A DNA stretch of 64,000 bases, from contig JBDRBB010000008.1 of assembly GCA_043823065.1 (NCBI GenBank), forward strand, positions 224,001 through 288,000. The letters run 5' to 3'. Below are positions 30,151 through 38,751 of the stretch, piece by piece. The translations under genes and the position numbers were made by a program. The stretch comes from Pseudomonadota bacterium (GTDB lineage: Bacteria; UBA10199; 2-02-FULL-44-16; DYJF01). The notes under the pieces were generated by a model. It made no database searches. It worked only from the letters and a program-made list of their open reading frames with translations, and was not told the DNA's origin. The first letter of the stretch is position 1. Every line of letters starts with the position of its first letter.

Positions 30151-32487
30151 ATGAAAAGATTAAAAAATCAGCCAAATAAGCCCAAAAAGTCATTTAAACA
30201 AAAATTGAAACAAGCCTGGTCCATATTTAAGATCTTGGTGATTGTGGGGATTGTAACCAGCATATTGGGTTTTTATTATCTAAAACATCTAAACCGTTTA
30301 ATTGAGGCTAAATTTGACCAACCTCGTAAATGGAACCTCCCTTCCCGCATTTATTCTGATGCTGCTTATCTTTATCCAGGCCTGGATTTGAAAACCAGCC
30401 ATATTATAGAAAAACTGGATCGTTTGGGTTATCGCAATGTGGGAACAGAAATTAAGGGTCCTGGTGATTATGCTCAAGCTTCAGATCATCTGGATATTTA
30501 TCTGCATGATTTTAAATATCCTTTGGAAGATTTTAAGGGCTTTGCTTTGCGTCTGAAGCTTGTTGAAGATCAAATTGTGGAATTGATTAAGCTAGCTAGT
30601 AAAGAAGATTTATCGGTAGCCAAACTAGAACCAGAACAAATATCTTCTATATTTGACAAACAAATGGAAGATCGCACTGTGGTTAATTTGCAACAAGTTC
30701 CACCCATGCTTTTGCAATCTATCATCGTGATAGAAGATGAAAGATATTTTAAGCACAAGGGTGTTGATCCTTGGGGAATAGCTAGGGCTGCGGTTAAAAA
30801 TTTAATGGCCCTGCGCATTGTCGAAGGAGGTTCCACTTTAACGCAACAGTTGATAAAAAATTATTTTTTGCATTCAAAAAAATCTTTTTGGCGAAAATTT
30901 CGTGAGCAGTTAATGGCCATTCAGCTGGAACAAAATCACACCAAAGCTGAAATTCTGGAAGCCTATATTAATGAAATATATCTGGGTCAGCGCGGGTCAT
31001 CCAGTATTTCAGGTGTTGCTGAAGCTGCGCGTTACTTTTTTGCCAAAAATGTGGATCAGTTAACCATTAGTGAATGCGCGCTTTTGGCAGGCATGATCAG
31101 AAGTCCATATTCATATAATCCCAGGCTTCATCCGGAGCGAGCTCAAGAACGCCGCAATTTTGTCTTAAACAGATTGTTGGAAGAAGATCTTATTTCAGAA
31201 CAGCAATATAAAAAAGCACTTGCTGAACCTATTATCATGCCCAAAGCAATTATTACTGCAGGTCGTGCGCCGTATTTTATTGATTTTGTTAAAATGCAAC
31301 TGGCTGATTTATATCCAGAAGAGGTGTTGCAAACAGAGGGCCTGCACATTTTTACCACTTTGGATATGAGTATGCAGCTGGCTGCGGAAAAAGCGGTGCA
31401 AGAAGGACTGAAAACTTTGGAGCAAAGCTATGGCAAGACCCTGCCCAAAGATCATTTAGGAGATTTGCAAGGTGTGCTAATTGCCATGCAACCAGCCAAT
31501 GGTTACATTAGGGCGTTGGTTGGGGGGCGTAATTATGCTGAAAGCCAGTTTAATCGCGCTGTTCAGGCCAATCGCCAACCTGGCTCTGCTTTTAAGCCAT
31601 TTGTTTATTTAACAGCTTTGGATCCAAGGAAGAGTGATACTTTTTATACTCCGGCTTCCATGGCGGAAGATGCAGCATTTAGCGTTGAATCTGGTGGAGA
31701 AAACTGGTCGCCTAAAAATTATGATAATGAAGAGCATGGCCTGGTTTCGCTACGCACTGCTTTGGAAAAAAGCTATAATATTGTGGCTGCCAAAGTGGCG
31801 ATTAATGCAGGTTTGGACAATGTGGTAAAAACTGCTGGTCAAGCTGGAATAAAAAGTAAAATTGATCCTGTGCCTTCTTTGGCGCTTGGTTCTTTTGAAG
31901 TAACGCCCATGGAGCTAGCTGCAGCTTATACCATTTTCCCCAACGGCGGAATTTTGGCCCAACCCATTTCAATTATGCATGTGGTTACAGAAAAAGGTGA
32001 AGTATTGGAAAAAGAAACAGTAAAAATGAAGCGCGTGTTTGACGCTGGTCCGGTTTATCTAACCACTAGTTTAATGAAAGGAGTGGTAGATCGGGGAACA
32101 GCAGCAGCAGCGCGCATTTGGGGTTTGGAAGGTGTGGCTGCAGGCAAGACCGGCACCACTTCTAATTACCGGGATGCCTGGTTTGTGGGTTTTACGCCTA
32201 ATTTTTTGGCATTAAGCTGGGTTGGTTTTGATGACAATGCTGTAACCAATATGAGCGGCTCCAGAGCAGCGCTGCCTATTTGGACAGATTTTATGAAACA
32301 GGCTGCACCCAGAAGTGCGCCAGATTTTTCTTCCCCTCCAGGTATTGTTTTGGTAAATATCGATCCTGTTAGCGGTAAATTAGCTAATAATAAATGTCCG
32401 AATTTTATTGAAGAAGTATTTTTAGAAGGCACGCAGCCAAATGAGTATTGTGATGAGGTTAAAGTTGATGAGCAAGACATGTATTAG
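30151..32487 (+). CDS. mrcB: Penicillin-binding protein 1B (transglycosylase/transpeptidase with UB2H-like domain)
   Basis: TM anchor, LDRLGYR (UB2H), EDERYFKH, GGSTLTQQ, SAFK (SxxK), SYN and KTG motifs. Confidence 0.88.
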   Translation: MKRLKNQPNKPKKSFKQKLKQAWSIFKILVIVGIVTSILGFYYLKHLNRLIEAKFDQPRKWNLPSRIYSDAAYLYPGLDLKTSHIIEKLDRLGYRNVGTEIKGPGDYAQASDHLDIYLHDFKYPLEDFKGFALRLKLVEDQIVELIKLASKEDLSVAKLEPEQISSIFDKQMEDRTVVNLQQVPPMLLQSIIVIEDERYFKHKGVDPWGIARAAVKNLMALRIVEGGSTLTQQLIKNYFLHSKKSFWRKFREQLMAIQLEQNHTKAEILEAYINEIYLGQRGSSSISGVAEAARYFFAKNVDQLTISECALLAGMIRSPYSYNPRLHPERAQERRNFVLNRLLEEDLISEQQYKKALAEPIIMPKAIITAGRAPYFIDFVKMQLADLYPEEVLQTEGLHIFTTLDMSMQLAAEKAVQEGLKTLEQSYGKTLPKDHLGDLQGVLIAMQPANGYIRALVGGRNYAESQFNRAVQANRQPGSAFKPFVYLTALDPRKSDTFYTPASMAEDAAFSVESGGENWSPKNYDNEEHGLVSLRTALEKSYNIVAAKVAINAGLDNVVKTAGQAGIKSKIDPVPSLALGSFEVTPMELAAAYTIFPNGGILAQPISIMHVVTEKGEVLEKETVKMKRVFDAGPVYLTTSLMKGVVDRGTAAAARIWGLEGVAAGKTGTTSNYRDAWFVGFTPNFLALSWVGFDDNAVTNMSGSRAALPIWTDFMKQAAPRSAPDFSSPPGIVLVNIDPVSGKLANNKCPNFIEEVFLEGTQPNEYCDEVKVDEQDMY

Positions 32488-32995
32488 TGTTCGAGCTAGA
32501 TTGTCATTCCCGCGAAAGCGGGAATCTATATTTTTAATTATTGCATTTATTTTTATTTTCACCGCATGTGCCAAAGAGGTGGTCAAGCGGCCAGAAGTTA
32601 AAAAGAAAAAGCCGCAGGTTGAAGAACAAGCAAGAAAACCAATTGTTCCTCCCACAGTTTATACCCCACAAAGAAAAGCTTCTGATCGCATTGTAGCCAA
32701 AGGAAAGGTTCAGTTAGAAAATGGTAATCATGAACAAGCCCTGCAGCTATTTCAAGATGCAGTAAATGTGGATTCAGCCAATGGCCAGGCTTATTATTAC
32801 TTAGCTCTAGCCCATATTAAGCTGGATCAAAATGATGCAGCTTTGGGGTTATTAGATAAAGCCGAAGCCCTTTTACAGCACGAACCTGACTGGTTGGAAA
32901 AAATTCAAGATTTACGTCAAAAAATAGGTGGCGCAGCTACCCAAAAACCTGTCTATTATCAAAGAGTTAATGACCAAGAAGAAGATGAGTTTTAA
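32468..32995 (+). CDS. TPR lipoprotein (LpoP-like PBP1B partner); start uncertain (32441-32501)
   Basis: Lipobox FTAC, Pro/Lys linker, TPR-like helices (AYYYLALAH); directly downstream of or overlapping mrcB. Confidence 0.65.
   Translation: MSKTCISVRARLSFPRKRESIFLIIAFIFIFTACAKEVVKRPEVKKKKPQVEEQARKPIVPPTVYTPQRKASDRIVAKGKVQLENGNHEQALQLFQDAVNVDSANGQAYYYLALAHIKLDQNDAALGLLDKAEALLQHEPDWLEKIQDLRQKIGGAATQKPVYYQRVNDQEEDEF
32503..32526. repeat. REP-like palindrome family 2, half unit (GTCATTCCCGCGAAAGCGGGAATC) inside a CDS
   Basis: Matches the left arm of the 41125..41193 element. Confidence 0.8.
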
Positions 32996-33001
32996 TTTAA
33001 T

Positions 33002-33018
33002 TTGGCCTGTTTTTTGCT
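33002..33018 (+). promoter_or_regulatory. Putative sigma-54 promoter
   Basis: TTGGCCTGTTTTTTGCT with GG-N10-GC spacing, about 50 nt upstream of ATG 33071. Confidence 0.55.
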
Positions 33019-33070
33019 TAAATTTAAGCTGGTGGCGCGTTTGCGCAGCTAAAACATTTAGGAGGCGTTT

Positions 33071-34981
33071 ATGTTTAATAATTTAGCCAAAATTTTAACG
33101 CTTTTTCTGATTTTGATAATGCTGGGTTTTGGTCTAGGTAATGGCATTGGTGGATGTACTGGCTCTAAGTCTGTAGCCCCAGGCCCAGAAGAAGGTGATG
33201 GTACTGGTACTGGCGATGGAAGTGGCGGGGTTGATGAAGCAGGCGGCATACCAGCTGCTAGCTTAAATTTAAATGCCACTACCAACAAGCTGTATACCAC
33301 AGATCCTTTGCGCATTACTTTTAATCAAGCCATGAACCAAGCAACAACTCAGGCCGCAGTCTCAATTACTGATGCTAGTGGCGCAGCTGTTAACGGAACA
33401 TTTTCCTGGAATGGTAATGATTTAATTTTCACTCCTAATGGAGGACTTTGGCGAACCAATCATGCTTATAATTTGTCAATCAGTGTTGCTGCTACCAATC
33501 AAGCTGGAACTGCTTTGGCTCAAGCCTTAAACCAAACTTTTAGACCGCAACTTAATCTCCATGATGTTAATGGCGATAAAATAGATGATTTTATGTTGGG
33601 CATGCCAGGCGGAAATGCTGGAGGAGTTGAAGATTCTGGACAGGCGTATTTGTTTTTAGGCAGACAATCTTGGGAAGGTGCAAATTTAACTTCAGCTAAT
33701 GCTTTATATACAGTTGAATCTGATGCTGAGTTTGGTTGGGAAGCCAAAGTTGTGGGTGACATTAATGGTGACGGGTTTGCAGATATGCTAATCGCTGCTC
33801 CATCTGTCAGCGTAGCTATAGATGCGCCTGGTCCTGGCGTTGGTGTTGTTGATAATGGTTTGGTGGCGATTATTCATGGTTCAGCAAATCCTGCTAACCT
33901 AACTTTATCCATGGCACAGCTGGCTAATGGCATTATTGTTGGTCCAGATGATGAAAGCCGTTTAGGTTTTCCTGTGAAACCTGTAGGAGATGTAAATGGT
34001 GATGGTCTAGCAGATTTTGTTATAGGTAGTAAAACCCCTGCTGATGATACCAGGTTTTTTCTATTTTTAGGCAGAAAAGAGGGTTTTCCAAATTGGGCTT
34101 CGGCTGCTGTTTCAGCTAGTGCCACGTATATATTGGCAGAAGATGAACGACTAAACGGTGTTTTTCAAACAGCTGGTTGCGATATTAATGGAGATGGTTT
34201 TAGTGACTTGCTCTTTGGCGCTCCAGGGTTTGATGGTGGTTTTGGAGTACATGTTGATAACGGGGAAGTCTATATTATAGCTGGTTCTCAAACTCCAACT
34301 TCTCTAGATTTAAGAGCAGAGGCCCCTAGCGCGGTTATTTCTGGCGCTAATGATAATGATAGGTTGGGTGTAGTTGCTTGCGGCAATATTAATGGTGATC
34401 AATATGCAGATTTGGTGCTAGGCGCGCCAGGTTTTGATGCCAGCAGGGGAGCTGCTTATGTGATTTTGGGCGAGCCTTCTTTTAGAAACTATAATTTGGA
34501 ACCTGGGGGAGATACGCCTTTTGCCTTTTATCAAGGTCCGGTTGCTGGCGCTGATGGTGTTGGAGAGCTATGTGTGCCAGGCGATGTGGTGAACCACGAT
34601 GGTTATGAAGATATATTAATAGGTGCGTTATTAATGGATGTTGATGTTGATAACGGCTTAATTGTTATCATGCCTGGCTCTACCACTGGTTTTAATTACA
34701 CTTTGGTAGAAGCTAATCCTCCAGCTACTTATTATATTGGAGAAAATAGAAGTCATCTTGGTTCTTGTAAAACAATAGGTGATGTTAATGCAGATGGCAT
34801 GGCAGACTTGTTAATTGGCGCTCCTACTTATCCAGATATGAATGGTTGGGGCCGGGTATATTTAATTTTTGGTGCACAAGGTGTTTTACCGCCAGTGGAT
34901 TTTAGGACTGCCAGTACGGGGATAACTTTTACTGGAGACAGAGATATGGACCTATTAATTGTGGGCCCTGCTGACTTGTGA
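33071..34981 (+). CDS. Surface lipoprotein with Big_5-type Ig-like domain and FG-GAP/integrin-alpha beta-propeller repeats
   Basis: Signal ending GGC; RITFNQAM...LIFTP Ig domain; repeated GDxNGDGxxDxxxGAP calcium-binding motifs. RBS AGGAGG. Confidence 0.8.
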   Translation: MFNNLAKILTLFLILIMLGFGLGNGIGGCTGSKSVAPGPEEGDGTGTGDGSGGVDEAGGIPAASLNLNATTNKLYTTDPLRITFNQAMNQATTQAAVSITDASGAAVNGTFSWNGNDLIFTPNGGLWRTNHAYNLSISVAATNQAGTALAQALNQTFRPQLNLHDVNGDKIDDFMLGMPGGNAGGVEDSGQAYLFLGRQSWEGANLTSANALYTVESDAEFGWEAKVVGDINGDGFADMLIAAPSVSVAIDAPGPGVGVVDNGLVAIIHGSANPANLTLSMAQLANGIIVGPDDESRLGFPVKPVGDVNGDGLADFVIGSKTPADDTRFFLFLGRKEGFPNWASAAVSASATYILAEDERLNGVFQTAGCDINGDGFSDLLFGAPGFDGGFGVHVDNGEVYIIAGSQTPTSLDLRAEAPSAVISGANDNDRLGVVACGNINGDQYADLVLGAPGFDASRGAAYVILGEPSFRNYNLEPGGDTPFAFYQGPVAGADGVGELCVPGDVVNHDGYEDILIGALLMDVDVDNGLIVIMPGSTTGFNYTLVEANPPATYYIGENRSHLGSCKTIGDVNADGMADLLIGAPTYPDMNGWGRVYLIFGAQGVLPPVDFRTASTGITFTGDRDMDLLIVGPADL

Positions 34982-35015
34982 TAATAATTTGATATTAAAG
35001 AAGATTTTAATTTTA

Positions 35016-35044
35016 GCACAACATTTTTTAAATCCTGCCGATAA
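35016..35044 (+). promoter_or_regulatory. Putative sigma-28/FliA-type promoter
   Basis: GCACAAC-N14-GCCGATAA; identical boxes and spacing at 50810..50838. Confidence 0.6.
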
Positions 35045-35112
35045 AAAAGATGAAGGATAAAATTGGTTGCAAAAGATTATATTTGAAGTAAGTTTTAAGC
35101 AGAGAAAGGGGT

Positions 35113-35469
35113 ATGGTTATGGAAAAAAGAAGACATAAACGTTTAGATCTCCAAATCCCTGTGACAGTGCGTTGTAATGGAAAATTGCTGCCTGCAACTG
35201 CAACAAATGTAAGTGTTGGTGGAATGTGTATTAAGACCGAAGCTTTTGATGATGTAAAAAAAGATGATTTAGTGGAAGTTTATTTTGATTTAGATGAAAA
35301 AAGAAGGGACCTTTCCTTGCGCGGCGCCATTGCCAGGGTTAATGGCAGCGCAGATCACAATATTGGCGTTCAATTTGGCAATTTTCATTCAGAAAGTCAC
35401 AAGATCTTGCGCCAATTCCTGCACCGCGAATTGCATTCCTCATTGTTCCAGAGTTTAGAGAGAAGATAA
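35113..35469 (+). CDS. Stand-alone PilZ-domain (c-di-GMP-binding) protein
   Basis: RRHKR (RxxxR) and NVSVGG (D/NxSxxG) motifs, GVQF. Confidence 0.9.
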   Translation: MVMEKRRHKRLDLQIPVTVRCNGKLLPATATNVSVGGMCIKTEAFDDVKKDDLVEVYFDLDEKRRDLSLRGAIARVNGSADHNIGVQFGNFHSESHKILRQFLHRELHSSLFQSLERR

Positions 35470-35510
35470 ATGTTTGGTAGTCATGAGGACTATTAATCAC
35501 CTCAGACCTT

Positions 35511-36287
35511 TTAAACATTATACGGACACACCTGTTGGCAGATATCACAGCCATATTGTCCAGGTTTAATAAACTTTTTAAATTCTTCAGGGATTTCAGT
35601 TTTATGTTCAATAGTGAGATAAGATAGACAACGCCTGGCATCTAGAACATATGGCTCAACTAAGGCGCCTGTTGGACAGGCTTTAAGACATTTTCTACAG
35701 TCTCCACATTGGCCTATGTTGTCATTGCGAGCGTAGCGAAGCAATCCAGTTAAGTGGTCTGGATTGCTTCGTCGCTTTTGCTCCTCGCAATGACCAAAAT
35801 CAATATCCGTAATTATCTCCCCCAACACCAGATATGACCCAAACTTGGGATTAATCAGCAAAGTATTCTTGCCAATCCAACCCAGGCCAGCTCTAGCTGC
35901 CAAGGCTTTTTCAAAAATTGGGCTGGTATCTACGCAGATTTTAAACTTTGCCTGGGGATGATCTTTTTTTAGCTCTTCACAAATCAGTTTGAGTTTTTGG
36001 CGGACAAATTTGTGGTATTCTTCACCTCTGGCAAATCTGGCTCGCAAAGGATTATAATTATTTTTTTTGTTATTGTCTTCTAAGAGACCATGGTTACCAT
36101 ATGCAAAACCCACACAAATCACCGTCTGGGCCTCTGGTAATAAAGATTTTGGATCACCTCTTGCTTCAGGGACCCTCTCCATCCACTTCATAGAGGCCTG
36201 ATATCCCTTGCCCAGCCAATAACGTATTTTATCAATAGATAAAGCCTCTGCTGAACAGAAACCAGATATATTTGCATTAATATACAT
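35511..36287 (-). CDS. queG: Epoxyqueuosine reductase (short form) with an in-frame palindromic insertion; start uncertain (36287 or 36320)
   Basis: ARFARGEEYH, VDTSPIFEK, GLGWIGKN, CGDCRKCLKACPTGAL, RCLSYLTIE and GCDICQQVCPYN. Confidence 0.88.
   Translation of the reverse strand: MYINANISGFCSAEALSIDKIRYWLGKGYQASMKWMERVPEARGDPKSLLPEAQTVICVGFAYGNHGLLEDNNKKNNYNPLRARFARGEEYHKFVRQKLKLICEELKKDHPQAKFKICVDTSPIFEKALAARAGLGWIGKNTLLINPKFGSYLVLGEIITDIDFGHCEEQKRRSNPDHLTGLLRYARNDNIGQCGDCRKCLKACPTGALVEPYVLDARRCLSYLTIEHKTEIPEEFKKFIKPGQYGCDICQQVCPYNV
35721..35794. repeat. Palindromic repeat family 3 inserted within queG
   Basis: GTCATTGCGAG...GAAGCAATCC / GGATTGCTTC...CTCGCAATGAC; an intergenic copy in the opposite orientation lies at 61229..61303. 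Confidence 0.88.
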
Positions 36288-36387
36288 AGGTGTTTCATTG
36301 CTTATACAGGTGCAAATCACAATAAAAATTTGACAAAAAATTTATAGTGATTTCAGGTCGCACATGTTAAGGCCTTAAGCCTAAGGA

Positions 36388-37521
36388 GTGAAAATGAATC
36401 GTCTTGTTGCCAGTATTATTTGTTTAATAAATATAATTTTAATTTACCCAAGCTCAACTTTGGCCGACCCTACTCTTTGGACTAAGCAAATGAAAGAGCA
36501 GCGGGATGTTAAAATTACTGAGCTAGCTCTGGCGGGACAAAAATTAGTTTTTCAAAGAGATTATGCCCAGGCCTTGGATTTTTTTAAGGACGTGCAAAAA
36601 CAGTATCCAGATTCTTCTTTGGGTTATTTTGGAGAAATGGCCATCTATGAAGTGCAGATGCTGGAAAATGAAGACTTTCATCTGGAAAACGAGTTTCTAG
36701 ATGCCTCTGCTAGAGGAATGCAGGTTTACGATAAGGTAATGCAGAAGTATTACCCAACTGATAAAGAGCTATTCTATGCAGCAGGCGTAATTGGTTTAGA
36801 CAGTTTTTTTCAGGCCAGAAAAGGGAATTGGTGGAAAGCCTATGTGCGTGGCACAAAATCACGCCAGATTTTTAAGCGCATTTTAAGAAAAAACCCCCAG
36901 TTTGTAGATGCCAGGTTAGGCGAGGGCATGTATATCTATTGGCGCTCAGTTTTTACCAAAGAATATACTTTCTTGCCCTTTTTTTCTGATCGTCGGGAAG
37001 AAGGGATAGCTATTATCAAAGGGGTGATTGACCAAGCAGAAATAGCCCAGGAGGTAGCCAGGGTTAACTTGGGCCTAATTTACTTTGAAGAAAAAAATTA
37101 CAAAGATGCCCAAAAGATTTTTGAAAATTTTGTGCAGCAATATCCAAAAAGTGTGATTTTTTATATGTTGCTAGGTAAAGTTTTTCTGGCCAGTAAGCAA
37201 TATGATAAGGCTTTGGACATTTTTCAAAAAACGCTTCAGCTTGATCCTGAAATAGATAAATTGTATTATTTTATTGGCATGAGCGTGGCTTTAAACAAGC
37301 ACAAAAATAAATATGATTATGGAAAACAAACATTGGATGTTTTTTTAAAAAAAAGCAAGCAAAGCTTGTGGCGTTCTTATGCTTATTATTGGCTGGGGTT
37401 GATTAATGAAAAACAAGGAGATAAAACAGAAGCCAAAAGTAATTATGAAGAGTCCATCAAGCTTAACCCTGGCTTGAAACATGCGAAGATTAAGATAAGA
37501 GGTTTGGGTGGAGGTATTTAG
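36388..37521 (+). CDS. Exported tetratricopeptide-repeat protein
   Basis: Signal peptide and several TPR-like units (NLGLIYFEEKNYKDA, LLGKVFLASKQYDKA, YWLGLINEKQG). Confidence 0.75.
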   Translation: MKMNRLVASIICLINIILIYPSSTLADPTLWTKQMKEQRDVKITELALAGQKLVFQRDYAQALDFFKDVQKQYPDSSLGYFGEMAIYEVQMLENEDFHLENEFLDASARGMQVYDKVMQKYYPTDKELFYAAGVIGLDSFFQARKGNWWKAYVRGTKSRQIFKRILRKNPQFVDARLGEGMYIYWRSVFTKEYTFLPFFSDRREEGIAIIKGVIDQAEIAQEVARVNLGLIYFEEKNYKDAQKIFENFVQQYPKSVIFYMLLGKVFLASKQYDKALDIFQKTLQLDPEIDKLYYFIGMSVALNKHKNKYDYGKQTLDVFLKKSKQSLWRSYAYYWLGLINEKQGDKTEAKSNYEESIKLNPGLKHAKIKIRGLGGGI

Positions 37522-37557
37522 TTGGACTATAAGCATAATGGTTAATGGTCAAGAATT

Positions 37558-38748
37558 ATGGGTATAACAATCGTACAAAAGAGTGATTTGCGTAAGAAGA
37601 AGCCTAAGGCTACCAAGGCGCTGATTCTTTCTGGCGGAGCTATAACTGGTGGTTCTTTTAAGGCTGGTGGTATTAAAGCCTTAAACGATTATTTTACCAA
37701 TTTTCAGGTTACTGATTTTGATATTTTTGTGGGAATTAGTTCAGGAAGTTTGCTGGCCGCTCCTTTGATGGGAGGTATTTCTCCAGAATCAATATTGAGA
37801 AGTTTAGAGGGTAGTTCCAGAAATTTTACCACGCTTAGTGCGCGACATTTTTATTATCCTAATTTTTCCGAGTGGATCAAAAGACCTCTGGCTTTTTTGG
37901 GCAAACTGGCTCTTTCACCTTTAGATTTGATTTCCAAAGGGCATGTTGATGTACCCGAACTTTTATCAATGTTGCCTTCAGGTATTTTTGATAATTCGCC
38001 CATTGAGAAATATTTGCGTGATAATATTGAGCGTAATGGCCTGACCAATGATTTTAGGGTTGCTCAGGAATTGACGAGAAAAAAACTTTATATTTGCGCC
38101 ATGACTTTAGATGGCGCCAAGCGCGTGGTTTTTGGCCCAGATGAAAAAAATGATGTGGCAATTTCCGAAGCAGTTCAGGCATCCACAGCTATGCCTGGAT
38201 TTTATAAACCAGCCCATATTCAGGGGGTGGATTATGTAGACGGCGGGGTGCAGGAGACCGCAAATATTGATATTGCCATTCAAAAAGGCGCGCAGCTCAT
38301 TGTTTGCTATAATCCCTTTCGCCCTTATGATCCTGATGAGCAGCGTTCTACAAAATCCTCAGGACGCTTGGCTCAAAAAGGTGTTATTGAAGTGCTGAAT
38401 CAGATTTTTAGGGCTTTTTTTCACGCGCGTTTGCATATTGCTCTAGATCATTTTCGCCAAGATCCTAATTTTAAAGGAGATATTATTTTAATTGAACCTA
38501 GCGCTAATGACAGTGATTTTTTTAAGCTTAACCCTTTGGTACTTTCCAACCGGGTGGAAGCAGCCAGGCTGGGTTTTAGGTCAGTGCGCAATTCTATTGA
38601 AGCTAAATTTGACGAGGTAAAAAAGATTTTTGCCAGCTATGGCATTGAAATGACCAGGCGCGGGGTAGAAGCTGAATTTAAAAAAATTATGCAGCCAGAT
38701 GTTAGCGAACATGAATTAGCTTCGTTATTAGAGCGTAAAAGAAAATAG
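37558..38748 (+). CDS. Patatin-like phospholipase
   Basis: LSGGAITGG, GISSG (GxSxG) and YVDGG motifs. Confidence 0.88.
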   Translation: MGITIVQKSDLRKKKPKATKALILSGGAITGGSFKAGGIKALNDYFTNFQVTDFDIFVGISSGSLLAAPLMGGISPESILRSLEGSSRNFTTLSARHFYYPNFSEWIKRPLAFLGKLALSPLDLISKGHVDVPELLSMLPSGIFDNSPIEKYLRDNIERNGLTNDFRVAQELTRKKLYICAMTLDGAKRVVFGPDEKNDVAISEAVQASTAMPGFYKPAHIQGVDYVDGGVQETANIDIAIQKGAQLIVCYNPFRPYDPDEQRSTKSSGRLAQKGVIEVLNQIFRAFFHARLHIALDHFRQDPNFKGDIILIEPSANDSDFFKLNPLVLSNRVEAARLGFRSVRNSIEAKFDEVKKIFASYGIEMTRRGVEAEFKKIMQPDVSEHELASLLERKRK

Positions 38749-38751
38749 AAT

